A stretch of 64,000 bases of DNA, taken from positions 62,001 to 126,000 of the forward strand of contig NMRA01000442.1 in assembly GCA_002633005.1 (NCBI GenBank). The letters run 5' to 3'. Below are positions 12,181 to 25,700 of this stretch, in pieces (the first letter of the stretch is position 1; every line of letters begins with the position of its first letter). The stretch is from Phoronis australis. Lineage: Eukaryota > Animalia > Phoronida. The notes under the pieces were generated by a model that worked only from the letters and a program-made list of their open reading frames with translations, did not search any database and was not told the origin of the DNA. The translations under genes and the position numbers were made by a program.

Positions 12181-13548
12181 TTAAAGGGCTAGCGAAATCG
12201 AAGCTGTTAATCTATCACCACTAGTACACGCGTGCCCTCGTGTTAATGTAAATTTTCCGAATAGCCCCATTTTTGATATGAAATAGTCATTGGCACGGCA
12301 TTATGGAGCGCCAGCGTTGCGCGCGTTCGTTCCTACGCCGAGTCCAAATCGATATTACAATGCAGTCGTATTAAAGGAGAATGCCACCCAAAAAAACAAC
12401 CTATTTTGTATCAATTTAGATCGAATAATTCTACTCGATAACGGCACGTTCGGTTGCGTTACCTGAAACCTGACGGCAGACGGGGATATTGAAATTATCC
12501 AATGACGTCATTGGTTTCACACGCAATCTGTTCGGCAGTTCACAACACGGGTTGCTGGTGTAAGCTTATCGCTTGAATTCATCGCTTAACACCAATAAAT
12601 CATCAAACGTCGATATAAAACACTTAAAAATACATCGAGTTCTTATAAAAACGGGTTGTTTTATTTTGCTGTTACGGATTTATTGGTATTTGGGCACACC
12701 GTAGCCTACAGAGTTCGGTAATTGAAAGAGTACTTGTCAGCGCGTTGAAATTTACTAGTACTTATGATATACGCACAACGCGTAGTATTGCTTAACCAAC
12801 GCGCTGAACTGTTCATTCTTAATGTCCAACCAAACACAGGTTTACAGTCCGTAAACGGTGAAAAACCGATCTTGCACGCATGTAGAGAGTCTTTTGCTTG
12901 AGAGCACGGGCGTGATTAGGCAATTATATCGCCCTGGATGTCGCAGGCATACAGGGGCGATAGTGCATCCCTACAAAAAGTTATAAATTTCAAAATACAG
13001 GAGTTAAATTCAAATGAAATATGCATATATGCACATGGAGTTATAATTAAGTACTAGTCCACGAGAGCACCAGCCATGAGCGGCAAGGTGGGGGTCAGCC
13101 GATTTTCACCAAATTTGGCACATAGGTAGTCCTATAGGATCTATAAACAGCGGTAAAATATTTCCTCAAAATATTGCGTTTTTCTAAAGTTATAGGCTCA
13201 AACACATTTTACGGCTTCGCAGCCANACTCATGTTTATATACTAAGATAGTAAACTTGTCTCTGTAATTAATCACATGAAAAAATAAAGTGAGATCAGTT
13301 TCAGAAAGAACGAATAAATATTCAGTTTCATAATAAGCATATTACAAAGTTTAAAAAAAAATATTGCTCCACTTCTTAATTTCCTAAAATGGGGTCATGT
13401 ACAATAAACAAAGGGAATAAGTTATGGCAAGACAGCTCTGAAAATACATGTAAATATGTTACTTGCATAAATTGCAGGGAACGCTCAATACTGGTAAATT
13501 ACATGAATGATAACTGGTTAATTGCTCAAAGTAACATAAATTAATTAC

Positions 13549-13737
13549 TGCGACAAACTGGACAGCAGCGCCCCTCTGGTGTTACCCTACTGACACAGTT
13601 CAGCACAGGGCAAATTGTGCGAGTGCACATCACGGTGCCACCAAATTGACAGGAGCAGGTTGTGCAGACATCGCGCTGCCAACTTTCCGATACATCAAAC
13701 ACAATGCCACCGTCAATGCAGAAATCTAGCCCTGCCA
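13549..13737 (-). CDS. CRIM1: CRIM1 exon, VWC domain 6
   Basis: ttcttacag acceptor; gtaatt donor (189 nt, phase 1-1) or read-through to TAA at 13541-13543; LDFCIDGGIVFDVSESWQRDVCTTCSCQFGGTVMCTRTICPVLNCVSRVTPEGRCCPVCR. Confidence 0.9.
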
Positions 13738-16700
13738 CTGTAAGAAAACAGCAGTATGTTACATAGAACAGTATATGCCTCCTAATATTCAGAAAACACT
13801 CGAAACACTCCCTTCGAAGAAGCAGAAATTTTTTCATCAAAACTGATTAAAGCCTGGTATTTCGAAGGTGCCGAAGGTTCTAGAATTTCGTTTACAATAC
13901 AAAAGTTGGCCACGATCAGCTGACACAGAATGAGATGTTCTAGCGCAAGTAGGTGAGTAAGCAGGACTGACCTGGAGCAAACTGACACCGCCGTGACAAC
14001 TTTTGCCACCCATTTGTGAGGTAGAGCAATTTGCACTCGATCATCTTGCTCTGTGTCAGTTGTGTGAGAGTCTAAGCACAAAACTGAGGCAAGGCGGAAA
14101 GGATCATCTCTACTGCGCGCTTGTGCAATGACCTACGTACGGGTTCTCTGTTTCTACAATTAGCGCCATTTGTAAACTTGCACATGTGTATTCCACTCTG
14201 CAGCATACAACTATCGTCTTGCCACAGTTAGTGAGTTACCCTATTCGCCGTAGTAACCGCCCAGGGCGCTTAGAAAAGTTCGTTTCAGGGGGGGAGTGCT
14301 TATTATAATCCAAGGCCGTTGAAACCCGGTCTTCGAAACGGGTGAAATTGGAAGCTAAGACTCTGTGATGTATCTGTAACCTATGAAAGACTTTCTACAA
14401 AACCGTGGTGCATTGCCATCAAATTTTGATCCTAAATTACGATCATTTTACAGAAAATTGTGCTGAAATCCCAGGGCAAAAACTCGTCAACTGCCTGCCT
14501 CGCAATAGTCGATATGGCGACTTGAATGCTTGAACAAAAATACAGTTTCGACTCAAGCAAATTACCTGAAATCCTCCTTTTAAGTTTTCCAAGTAGCATC
14601 CCTAGGATTTTTAAGTTCCCGTGGAGTCGGAATTACGGCAGGTTTAAGTACAAATCTGTGCTATATCGTGCCATCTACATGTATGATCGGCAACATGAGA
14701 AAAATGTCTGGACGAACACACATGTTGTTGTCACGTGACATTTGTTTTGAAGTTGTCTGCGTTTGTGAGTAAGCCAGCGCGTGCGTGTCACCAGAGTTCA
14801 TTTGCCAGAGCAGAGACCGTCTTTTGGCCAGAGCCACGCAATCTAACGAGCTAGATGTGAATTGTATCTAAAGAAATTTACACAAGCAGTAGGCCTAAGC
14901 CAGAGTGTGTTTCATTCAGCACTTGCCGGTCTCATATGCTAAAAACGTTCGACATTTGTCTCGGTAAGGCCATATTAGTCGCCGTGTGGCTGGATGCGTA
15001 GGACTATGTGACTATCTGACTGTTATTTTTTGGTGTAAGGGTGTGTAAGCATTCACTGTAAGTGGTTATTTAATCAGATATTTGGCTTATAAAAACACCA
15101 ATTATGGTTAATCAAACAATTCATTTTAAAAATAACGCAAACAGTTTTATAGTATGAGAAACTGTCGGAAGTTAGTGCCAATATTCATTTCTTGCCGATG
15201 CTATGCTACCCCTTTTCATGAATGGATAGTTCCCGACTAATGCCTTTGTTGACAAGTTCATGTTTGTAGCGCGTGCTTCCTGGCCACGAGCTTTTAACAT
15301 TGGCCAAGCTGTTTATTAGTCTTCGATTCGCGGTTTTCAAGTGTAGGCCTACAAAGAAATTTGGATTCCTGTCAGAAAGCAGGAAATATCTACAAAACAT
15401 CCCGAAGACAAGTACACTACTTCTGTTCTGAAAGGCAAGACCACTGAACCTCGCAATATCAGCCGAACTTTTGTGTTCGTTTTGAGGCATGGCGGAAGTT
15501 TGAAGTGTATAGTCACGGGTAATTTCCGACATAACGGCGAGGCTCGTGGTCTACAAATTCTGCGCACAATGATTTTTTTCAGGACTGTCGGATATTATTG
15601 ATAAATTGAAGATGTTTACTGTAGAATTTTAGGACTGCAGGTAAGGCATTTTTTGCATGTACACGTTCATGGACTGGGCACTTATTTTAGCAAAGTCTGA
15701 AAACGCGTGGGGGGGACGCTTATAGGGGCATGGGCGGTTATTACGGCGAATGTGTGTAAACGCATGCTTGACACCGATCAATTTGCTCCATGTCAGTTGC
15801 GCCGGGCCAAAAATTGATGTCTAAACGGGACTCAGGTTGCATTCATTTGTGATGTCATCATAATTAAAAACACAAATTCTTAATTATCTTTACAAAATAT
15901 CCTTATTATTCACCGCTATCAAGGCCATTTCTAACAACGTGACAAAGAAGAACTGACATTGTCACACTGACACTGAGTTATCCAGTTCCTCATTTCTGCA
16001 ACCATCTATATTGAGATAACACAATAACCAGCACAAACACACTCAGTTCAATAGTCAGCACACACTCAGTTTTCAGCATACAAATAGTTTCCTTGACACG
16101 ACAACTAGACAGCAAATGCTACCAACACTGACCTTGATATGGATAGAGAGAGAAGTCATATGTGCAATGGATTGGGGGAAATAACTCATTGGCAGTTACA
16201 GCTAAAACGCACACCGATCCAGTAAATAGGCGATAAGATAAACACATGCATTATGGTTTATTGTCTACCAGTAGAAATGGCAACAGGAAACAGCAAATGT
16301 AGCAGCGACATGATGAAAAACAACTCGTCACTAGATGGCGAAGGTGTAGTTGGTAGACATTATTCTGCACTTATATACGGATTTAATTCAGTAGGATATA
16401 GATTAGTATTTTTATAAATGCTTTACGACCATCACGTCATCAATTGCCGTTATTGAGCGGAGGGATGTTCACATGAATCGCAGAAAAATGTCCGTCTCAA
16501 AATGTCCGTGAATGAAAGAGATTATGTTTCCCCCCATACCAGAATTTGAAATTGGGGGTCAAGTGATGCTTTTGTGCTCTCAAAATGCCAAAGAGCTTGT
16601 ATGTCGGACATTTTCCATCAACACAACTTTGTGTCCCCCCATTACCACCTACCTGTACACATTGGGCAACACTGTCCCTTTCTGATGACGGCAGCCTCTG

Positions 16701-19700
16701 CTGTGCACTTCAGTGGCGGGCATGTCTGCGAGTAACACATCACCTGGCCGTACTGACACATACAACTCTGACACGGGTTNTCACCTGGCCATACTGACAC
16801 ATACAACTCTGACACGGGTTTACTCGCCAGATGTCGCCATGCTCAAACACTGTGCGGTTATGTGACATACAAGATTTGTGAGTAACGGCCGGATTCAGTA
16901 CTTCCGTTGCGTCTGTAACGGATTGGGAAAGCAAAATCAAACAGTGCTGAAAATGATACGCTTCATTAAATATCTGTAAAGTAACTTAAACACAATAAAT
17001 TTTTACATACCACTGACGTTTGATACAAAACACATGTGAATACAGGGTTACTAGGATAAAACAACTAATAACAAAGAATGAAATTATCGAGATTTAAAAC
17101 ACATAACAATTTGCATATAAAGCACGTGAACTTTACCCAACATATAAGCCTATATTGAAACTAAATGCAAACTTAAAAGAACACTGTTACAATAAGTACA
17201 CAAGATGGGGTCCACGAAACAGTTCATGCTGAAGTCTGTTGGAGGCTGCAGACGTACAACACATGTTTCTCCCATGTTAACTCACTTTTTAACTCGGTAA
17301 ATACCACATGTTAATATAAAACAGTGGAGAAAATGCAAAAGCTTTCCGATTTGTGTCATTGTCACATTGCAGAATTTCAACAATGACTTAAAGCCAATAC
17401 AAAACATCTCATGACTCAATAAAAGCAAATTATCATCGCATTAAACTTTGATTAAGATGTAAACAAATATTATCACCGACATTTGGTATTCACTAAATGG
17501 GCACCATCTATATTTGCTTTTTTCTAAATTCAGAAAATAAACAACAGTTGTATGTAACGGAATACCTCTAAGGGGAAGAGAGCCTAACAAGTGACATAGA
17601 TCCATCTACGAACATGGCGTGCTTATTACACACAAAAAAAACTACTGGCACCAGAAAACACGGTGACCCTACCTCCGGGACAATGTGGACAGCATCTATC
17701 GGCCAAGTGTACGGGATGTGTACACAGCAGAGGGGGGCAACGTTCGCTGTCACACAGGACCCTGTTGTTGTGACAGAGACAGCGAGTGCATCTGTCCAGC
17801 TGCCAGCTCTCACCCTCCACACCCAGGAGACCATCCTCTGATTGACAGCTCGCTACATCGATGGAGGGCAGTGTCGCAGAGGGTTGGTCTGAAAATTGTC
17901 ATGGAATAAAAAATATAACATCAAAAAAACAAGAATAACCACAAAAATAACTCGAAAACAAAAAAGAAATGATATAATTCATATGATGACTTTCACACAA
18001 AGCAAACACTTTGCATAACCATACCTGAACACTGCGTGTCTTACTAGCGCACTAGCCAGGTACATGCAGCCCGAAAATTTGTTCATGAATGAGCTTCCAA
18101 TGTATGCTAATAACCTGTGAAGACTTGTGTGGTGTCTCCAAACTAGGTAGACACTGACCAGAACACTCAATGTTGCGCACCATCTTTAACTTCCGTTGTT
18201 ACTCTCAACAAGACACGCACAACATGGTGCTTACCAGGACAGGATGGGCAACAGTCGCCGGGAACGATGACAGGCGTGTCACACTTGACCAGCGGACAGT
18301 TAAGCAGGACGCACATCTCACGTGATGATTGGCAAAAACAGGTGCGGCACCCATCGCTCCACGTCTCACCGTCATCGAATTGACGTCCATCCGAGGATAC
18401 GCATGACCTCGTGGTGGAATGGATGGATGGTATCAGAGTCGTGGAGCTGCTGGCAGTGGTGGGGATAGTGAAGGGATCTTTCTTTCCTGAGCAATGGAAA
18501 AGGAAACAGTGAACAAGGAAGCATAACTACACAAAATGGAGTAAGTCAACACAAAATGATTGGAGTATAAAACAAAAAGGCATAGCCATAGTTGCATAAC
18601 TTCGCTCGTTTACCAAGATCTGGCAACACACTTTCAGAAATGTGGGGAAATATCACTGATTAAGACGGTGAAAGAAATCATCCCGTTTTTCTCAAGTCTA
18701 ACTTCCATCATGCTGCATGTCGAATACAAAATTTTTAGAAAGTGCAGCGATGAGATAAAATGTGTTGTTGCAAAACTGATTTTACCTGCACATCGACACA
18801 GCTTACACCCCTGCTCACTTCTGGCGTATTTCCCAGGACACTTCTTTTTGCACATGAAGGGCGGGCACTTGTTACAGCGGCAGCGGAGGCAGCCGTTGCG
18901 GCCTCTCTTGAGGCCGTAGGGGCACTGCTTGAAGCACTCGTCCAGCGGCGGGCAGGGGTCCACCACAGGGGCGCACATGCAGATCTCCTGTCCATCATCG
19001 TCCGTCATTAGACCGTTTGGACAGCGCAAGTCACACAGGACTAAAAAAGAATCACATCGTGATCGTTTTCTAAGGATATCAGTTCAAATTCTAACCTTTT
19101 AAAAAATTAGCAAAACCTCATGAAACATTTTTTCCAAGAAGCATCCATCTTTTGACACTAGCTTCTTTCTCTAGTATTCCCATCTCAGAGAACTTCTACC
19201 CGACACCTTCATTGACAATTCCTCTCTTTTCAAAGCCACAATGAAGACAAAATTTGACCAATTCTTATTTCTGTAAGTACCCTCCCCCCACCCAAGATAC
19301 CTCCATTTGAAATCATTCTAATTTTCTTTTCAATTTGCAGCACAACAGTAATTCATGAAAATTTGAATTCATCAGATTTTGTCACATTGTGAAAATTTTA
19401 GCTCCCAAATCTTACACTCCGATAAAAAGTGTATTTTACTTCTTCTATAACAACAGTACCGCAGTCACGTTCGACAGAAAAAAGCCAGCACACCACTTTG
19501 ACTGACCACCTTTTCAAGTCCAGACATACAGGTCTTAAGACGAGCAACACCAAAACATGAATGCTATGCATTACAACTGCTAAAAGCTCTTTCAGACAAC
19601 CCTGTAGTAGACAGGAAGTAATTTTCACTCCAATATGAGAAGACCAATTTATTCAATTTCAATTAGGGCATAAGATAAGCTAACACTTGAACAACAAGAC

Positions 19701-22700
19701 AAACATCCAGACCAATTGCCTACTCAGACTTAACACAGACTAACCAATGCAGTCACAAATATCATTGTTGTTTACAAAGCAAATATTCTAAAATAGCAAA
19801 TATTGGAGGGAAAACTTGTAGTTTGTTAACAATTAGAGAGCAGTGATAGAGTGCAGACGTTTGCCACGGCGGCAGTTCTCATAAAAAGCAGTTGGGAAAA
19901 ACTTCTGCAGTTTGGGCAGTCTCTAAAATTTGGGACACCATAACTTGAGCCAAATTTGATTTTTTTATTCTTGTTGATTTTTGGCATTTATCATATTTCT
20001 CAAATCCCGGACACCGCATTTTGTATGAACAGATCCTGAAAATAGGCTTGCCAGTTATTAAAATCGATGAAAATAGCCACAAATACAACATTTTCATGCA
20101 TTCCCATAGTGTGAAAGGTGAATGATCATTTATTGTTGATCACAATTCTTGAATATGGGACAGCCAATGTTGCCTATCTCCAAAATTTGGTATTTGGTAC
20201 AAGCTTTGACGACAAGAAAAATGATTAACTTTTCAATGACCCACACTAGAGAATTTTAACCCTCACCAAAGAATGAATTGTACACATACAAGTCCCATAT
20301 CCTGTATTCTAAAGACTGTTGTATTTCCTACTATGGACAACACACTATCACAATTCACACTAAAGTATTAAGGTAACTATTTCTCCAATGTCCAGCTTCT
20401 TAAAGAACATTCAACCTCTGAATTACATGGGATCAAAACCTGCGCCTCCCTGCAGTTACGACTCCAGATACAAGTGGAGAACAGAGTAGGCTTAAATAGA
20501 TCATTGCTCAAGACGCAATAATGGAAAAACAATATAATTCGATAGAAAACTGATTATTTGGGGCATGCAAAACAGTTTAAATGCAGTGCATACAAGTAAT
20601 TATTGAACACAACCTGGAATTATGTAAACATGATGATGATGAATGAGCGCCGAGGGAGTTACATGATCATCGTCAGAGTAGCTAGCATAATATGTTACAA
20701 TGGCTCAAGATAGGGAAACCGAGTTTTGTCTGATTGCTTTTGATGTCTTGTATGACTCCATGTCTTGAAGCCTGTATATGACATGTAGAGACCCAGATTT
20801 TCCATTTTCAAATACAGAGAAATCCATTTTAGCAACCCTAAATTTTGTTTAATTTTACCCATTTCGTAAATTAGCAAATTTCATTTTACTATATCAATTA
20901 ATAAAAGACAGAATATGTCTTGAGAACTGCCTTTTTCCTTTTGACGTTATTACACTGCAGTTCGGTTTTACAAATAACTCGCTGCACACCACATTGAGTG
21001 TTTCTTAAAACGGGTAAAAGAACAGTGCCATCTGCAGAAAAAAATAAACAACAACTTGAACATGTCCACCTCAAAGTGTCCATTGATAAACTATTGATCA
21101 GAATCAGTCTCAGCTCACAAATCTGATGGATCATATTCTAAATTTTAGGAAATTAGAAAAAAATTAGTAGCATCATAAATACTACACAAATACTTGACTT
21201 CTGTACAAAACCTGTGATTCCGTGAAAGAAGTCCGACTCTATGACGTCCTTCCATTTCCCGTTATCACGGAGAACTAGGGTCTCTATCAATTAACGTGTT
21301 AGTAACCAAAGCCAGTCAACCTGAAAAGGCTTACCTGGTTTACACTGGCACAGGTAACAACCATTATCATCCTGTTGTAGACCCTCGGCACACTCTAGGC
21401 TGCAGTTGGTCAACAGGGGGCACTGAGGAGGGGGTAGTGTGACAGTAGCCACATCTGAAACAAACAAGAAATGGTTTTGTTAATGGACTATTCTCTAAAC
21501 TAAACTGCACGGCATTAAGAAAGAGAGGCTGTGAAGTTACTCCTATTGTTGTTAAGTTGATAAAGGACGCGGTTATATTAAACAGTTGGGGGACAAAAAT
21601 GTCAAGAGAAAAGTTCACTAACAAAATGTTTTCAATGGTCCACACAATGATAACATTAAAGGATAAAACTAACAAAATGTTTTGTAAGCAAATTGGGAAC
21701 TTGAAATTGTCACCAAGATTCTAATCTCCACGCGCTGAGTAGATTATGATTAGTGTGACACGGTATGTAGTCTCACCTGAGGAAACATTGATGTTATACA
21801 TTATGCAAAACATTTAACATTAATGTTACATATTATGCAAAATAATATCCAATATAAACACTTTCCATTTACAGAAAAGCAATTCCAAAAACAGTAACGT
21901 CACTACAGCAATCTTATTTTGACCTCCAGGAATAAATATTCAAAACACATAAATTTATATAATACAAGCGAAAAAATGTGTCTCCCTGAACTTTGACTTT
22001 ACTTACCATCACAGACAGGACAGCACTGACCGGGCACCTTGCGTGGGTTGTGACAGGTGACCATACATGATGACGCTATACAGTGTAGTTGGCCGTTGTC
22101 ACAGCGACAGCTGGTACACCAGTCATCCTCAAACCACGTCTCGTTGTTGGCGTACAACTTGCCGTACGTAGACATGCAACCTGAAGGGATGATAACACTC
22201 TTACTTCATTTATTAACTTTTAAAATCTAACAAAACCCACAGCAACGCAAATCAAATTAAGCGAAACATGTTTTTGAAAATGGTTTCAACATGACATTAA
22301 TTTTTCTAAAAACAACCAAGTTTAACACAGAATTTCCAAACTGGCAAAGTTTAATACAGAATTTCCAAACTGGAACTAAAAATTCACGGACAATATTCAA
22401 GAGTTTTGCTTTCAGTGAACAGTTGTGCAATAAAACATTTGAATGCTAGTATAAAGAAATGTCTAAAACAGGTTGACTGGCTCCAGCTGTGAACTCGACA
22501 ATTTCAATAAGAAAGATCCAATACCTACATTTTTCACATTTCTTGGAAAAAATTAAGTAAGCAAAATAATTTCAACTTTATCCAACAACAGCAATTGTTA
22601 TTTATATTTTTGGGTATATTTGTACATACATGACCATCAGCCCATAATGAACATAACACACACAAAAGTATTTACAGAAGACTTCTAATGAGGAATGCTT

Positions 22701-25700
22701 TTGTTACAAAGACTGTTAACCTTTTTGAGAAAAAATGATGCACAAACTTCCGGAACTTCAACCAATCAGGATATGTCCTCTTTTTCAGTTGTGGAATTAA
22801 CATTTGTCTAAGATAGTCATGTAACAAACAGCAAGTTGAAAATGAAACTCTTCTTCTACCTCAAATATATCAAATTGTTAAAAGAATGAACAAATTCTTA
22901 GTTCGCAATCAACAGACTGTCCACCACATTCAACACCAAGAAAATGGTTTGAAGATCGGAGTTTTGTTAAATTTCTTCTGAGATCAATACATTTTAAGCC
23001 ACTTCTAAATTTTCAGCCAATTCTAAATTCTTACGTCACCATGAAGCAACAATTTGTTGCTTTTTGACACATCGCCAATTAATATCCAAAATAACCGCAC
23101 TTTTCCCACCTCACCTAGACACACAGGGCAGCATTCATCCTCTGGTGTTCCCATCCAATCACAGCGAGGCTGGTTCTCACATAGCGCCATCTTACAGAAC
23201 ATCAGGCCACTACGACATGTGCATGTGGTGCATTTGTCCAGATTAAACCTCTCTTCATGCTGAAACTCTATCCCCTCGTGTTCACAGGACTGAATGGTGG
23301 CTGAAATAGGAGAATTAACATGCCAATGAAAAGAAAATAAACAAATTGTAGCTGTCTTGTCTAAATAAGCAAAAAACAAGTGTTTGAGTAAAATTATCAT
23401 AATATACAACCTATCCGTTTACTTCCATACCTGAAAGTTAAGTTAGGCAAGAAAGCATGAATCTTTGTAACATTTTTCTGAATTATCTTAATTTTATTAC
23501 AAACATATTAGTTTACTTTCTCTGCATCGCTATGACGACACTCATTGCTGAACAATAACAGCCCCGCTAAACAATAACAGGCCGTTTACAAAGCTCGGCT
23601 ATCAATAGGAAATGCAATCTTATAACAACAAAAATAAACATGTTTCTTGGAAATGGCAGATACAAGACACTCCAAGTGTTACAAAGCGTTAAATAATTAT
23701 CCCGGTTTAGATGAAATTAGCTGCAGATTTGATAGACACCATTCCTCTTGGATGTTGAAATCTCTACCTGCAGTTCTAATACGGTGTTTGTTTTTTTGAG
23801 GGTGGGCCACTTAAGTAGGCTCCAATCTGACACTGCTACACCAGTTCCCTTTACGTCATCAAACAATCAAATAATACTTAGAGATAAAAGCTTTGGTTTT
23901 ACATAAGAACTTGAAACGCGCAGTCATTGACCTGTGCAGGGTTGTTTTTGAAAACCACAGACATGATGAAAGTTAGCAGATTGTAGTCCTGGAATGAAAA
24001 CAACAGAATGGTTCTGATAGGCTGACATATTAGTGCACTATATGTCTTGAGTAATTGCCAATATCGTTGGCCAGATCAAACTGGTTGACATGACTAATGA
24101 CTGCTGGTCAATATTCAATGCCCGTGGACTTATTTGCTGACATATAAGCCAATTCTACGCTTCGTAAACACGCAAGTTGAGGCGTGCAAGTTCAATGTCA
24201 CAGTCGGAAGTTGAACAACACGGTCTAATTAAACCAGAGCACATGTTACGCTACAACGAAAAACTGCAGCCTTCCGTGTATTTCCCATTTGTATTTTCAT
24301 CAGAAATTTTCGTCATGCGAGACTCGGTGACTTTTTTCATAGCTAAAGCGCCAAACTCAAGCTAAACGCAAGACAATCGAGTAACGGTCATGACATCGTC
24401 AAGACAAGGTAAAAATTACAAAGCCCGTTACCCCAATTCTCAGATTCAAGCCTTATCGAGTAGTAATCATCCGTTGAACGCTTTAGTGACACGGGAGTTG
24501 CGTCGATCCTAAATTAGCGTTTCTAAAATTTTCCTTGTCCGAAAGTCGCGGGACAAAAATCCGACGTTTATGACATTGTCCGAAATTCGAGGATCATTGA
24601 AAAACAGTTTTTGGACCTTGTACGAATTTCGTGGACCATGAAAAACTCATTTCGGAAATATTTATTCTTGGTCGAAAATGGCGGGCCGTCCGAAAATCAC
24701 GCGACTTTACCGTAAAGGCTTGGTCTTGCCACGAATGTACAATGGCGGAAGAAATGAGATTCCGCAACTGGACGTACGAGGGTGTGAACAGTTGGTTGGA
24801 ATTAAACTCCTACAGCACAAGCTTTATATCAGAAACGGGAATTGAAAATACCACTGAACAGTAAATGTATAAACATAACAGTAGGATAAAGTTTACGTTT
24901 TAACGCAAAGACTAGTTGTTGCGCTTGAATTGTGTTTTAAACATCTGGTTCAAAATTGAACTCCTACTACATAATTTACAGAAACGCGATGTTCTTAGCC
25001 AGATTATAATTATGATTTATACAGAGTGAATAGCATTGCAATTGTCCACATTCTTGTGGCATTCCCCCAGTTAAGGAAGTCATGGGTTCACTAGCCCAAC
25101 ATGAGTGGCCATGATGGCCCTTCACTAGCTTAGTGCACTTAAGGTCACTGAGATTCCTGTCATGTTTCTTGTCCAATTAACATCTGGGGAGGTCAGAGGT
25201 TACCGCATGACCTGACCATTGACCCCTGTTGACAGCAAGGCAGAGATATCCTGAGTAACCACCAGTGCACAGATTTCAATGGCAGAAATGAGATGATAAC
25301 TATTACATGACAATACCATTAAGGACAAAAAGCTTTGTGATAAGGAAACAGCTTGTCCATCTCATCACCAAAGATAGCTTTTCCACTCCATAAGTTATTT
25401 TCACTAGGTGAAGGACATTAGTGCTCCCGGTTTCTGGGCTTGTTACTTGGCGAAATAAATTTCGCCAAGTATGTTGCTCTTCCACTAAGTTTTTTGTGAA
25501 ATGCTATTATATCAACCCAAAAAACCGGAAGTTGCATTCAAGATGGCGGATCTTGTGCATGTTGACCTATTTTCAGTCGTACGTGGATGCTATTTAAACG
25601 GGTGAAGGAAAAGACGTGAATTTTTGCATGTGGATTCTCTAAGGTATANNNNNNNNNNNNNNNNNNNNNNNNNNNNNNNNNNNNNNNNNNNNNNNNNNNN

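Larger units (their letters stand above)
7233..12268. mobile_element. Decayed ISL2EU/PHIS-type DNA transposon (THAP gene from the left, convergent SAP-SWIM gene from the right)
   Basis: 18-bp TIRs ggggctatttggagaatt (7233-7250) and aattttccgaatagcccc (12251-12268), 16/18 identical; AT on the right flank; coding relics start just inside both ends. Confidence 0.7.

Noticed and set aside
13549-23300. Kielin/chordin/BMPER identity for the VWC gene
   Set aside because: Four antistasin modules between VWC2 and VWC3 and the upstream Cys-rich repeats are diagnostic of CRIM1; no CHRD or VWD domain was seen
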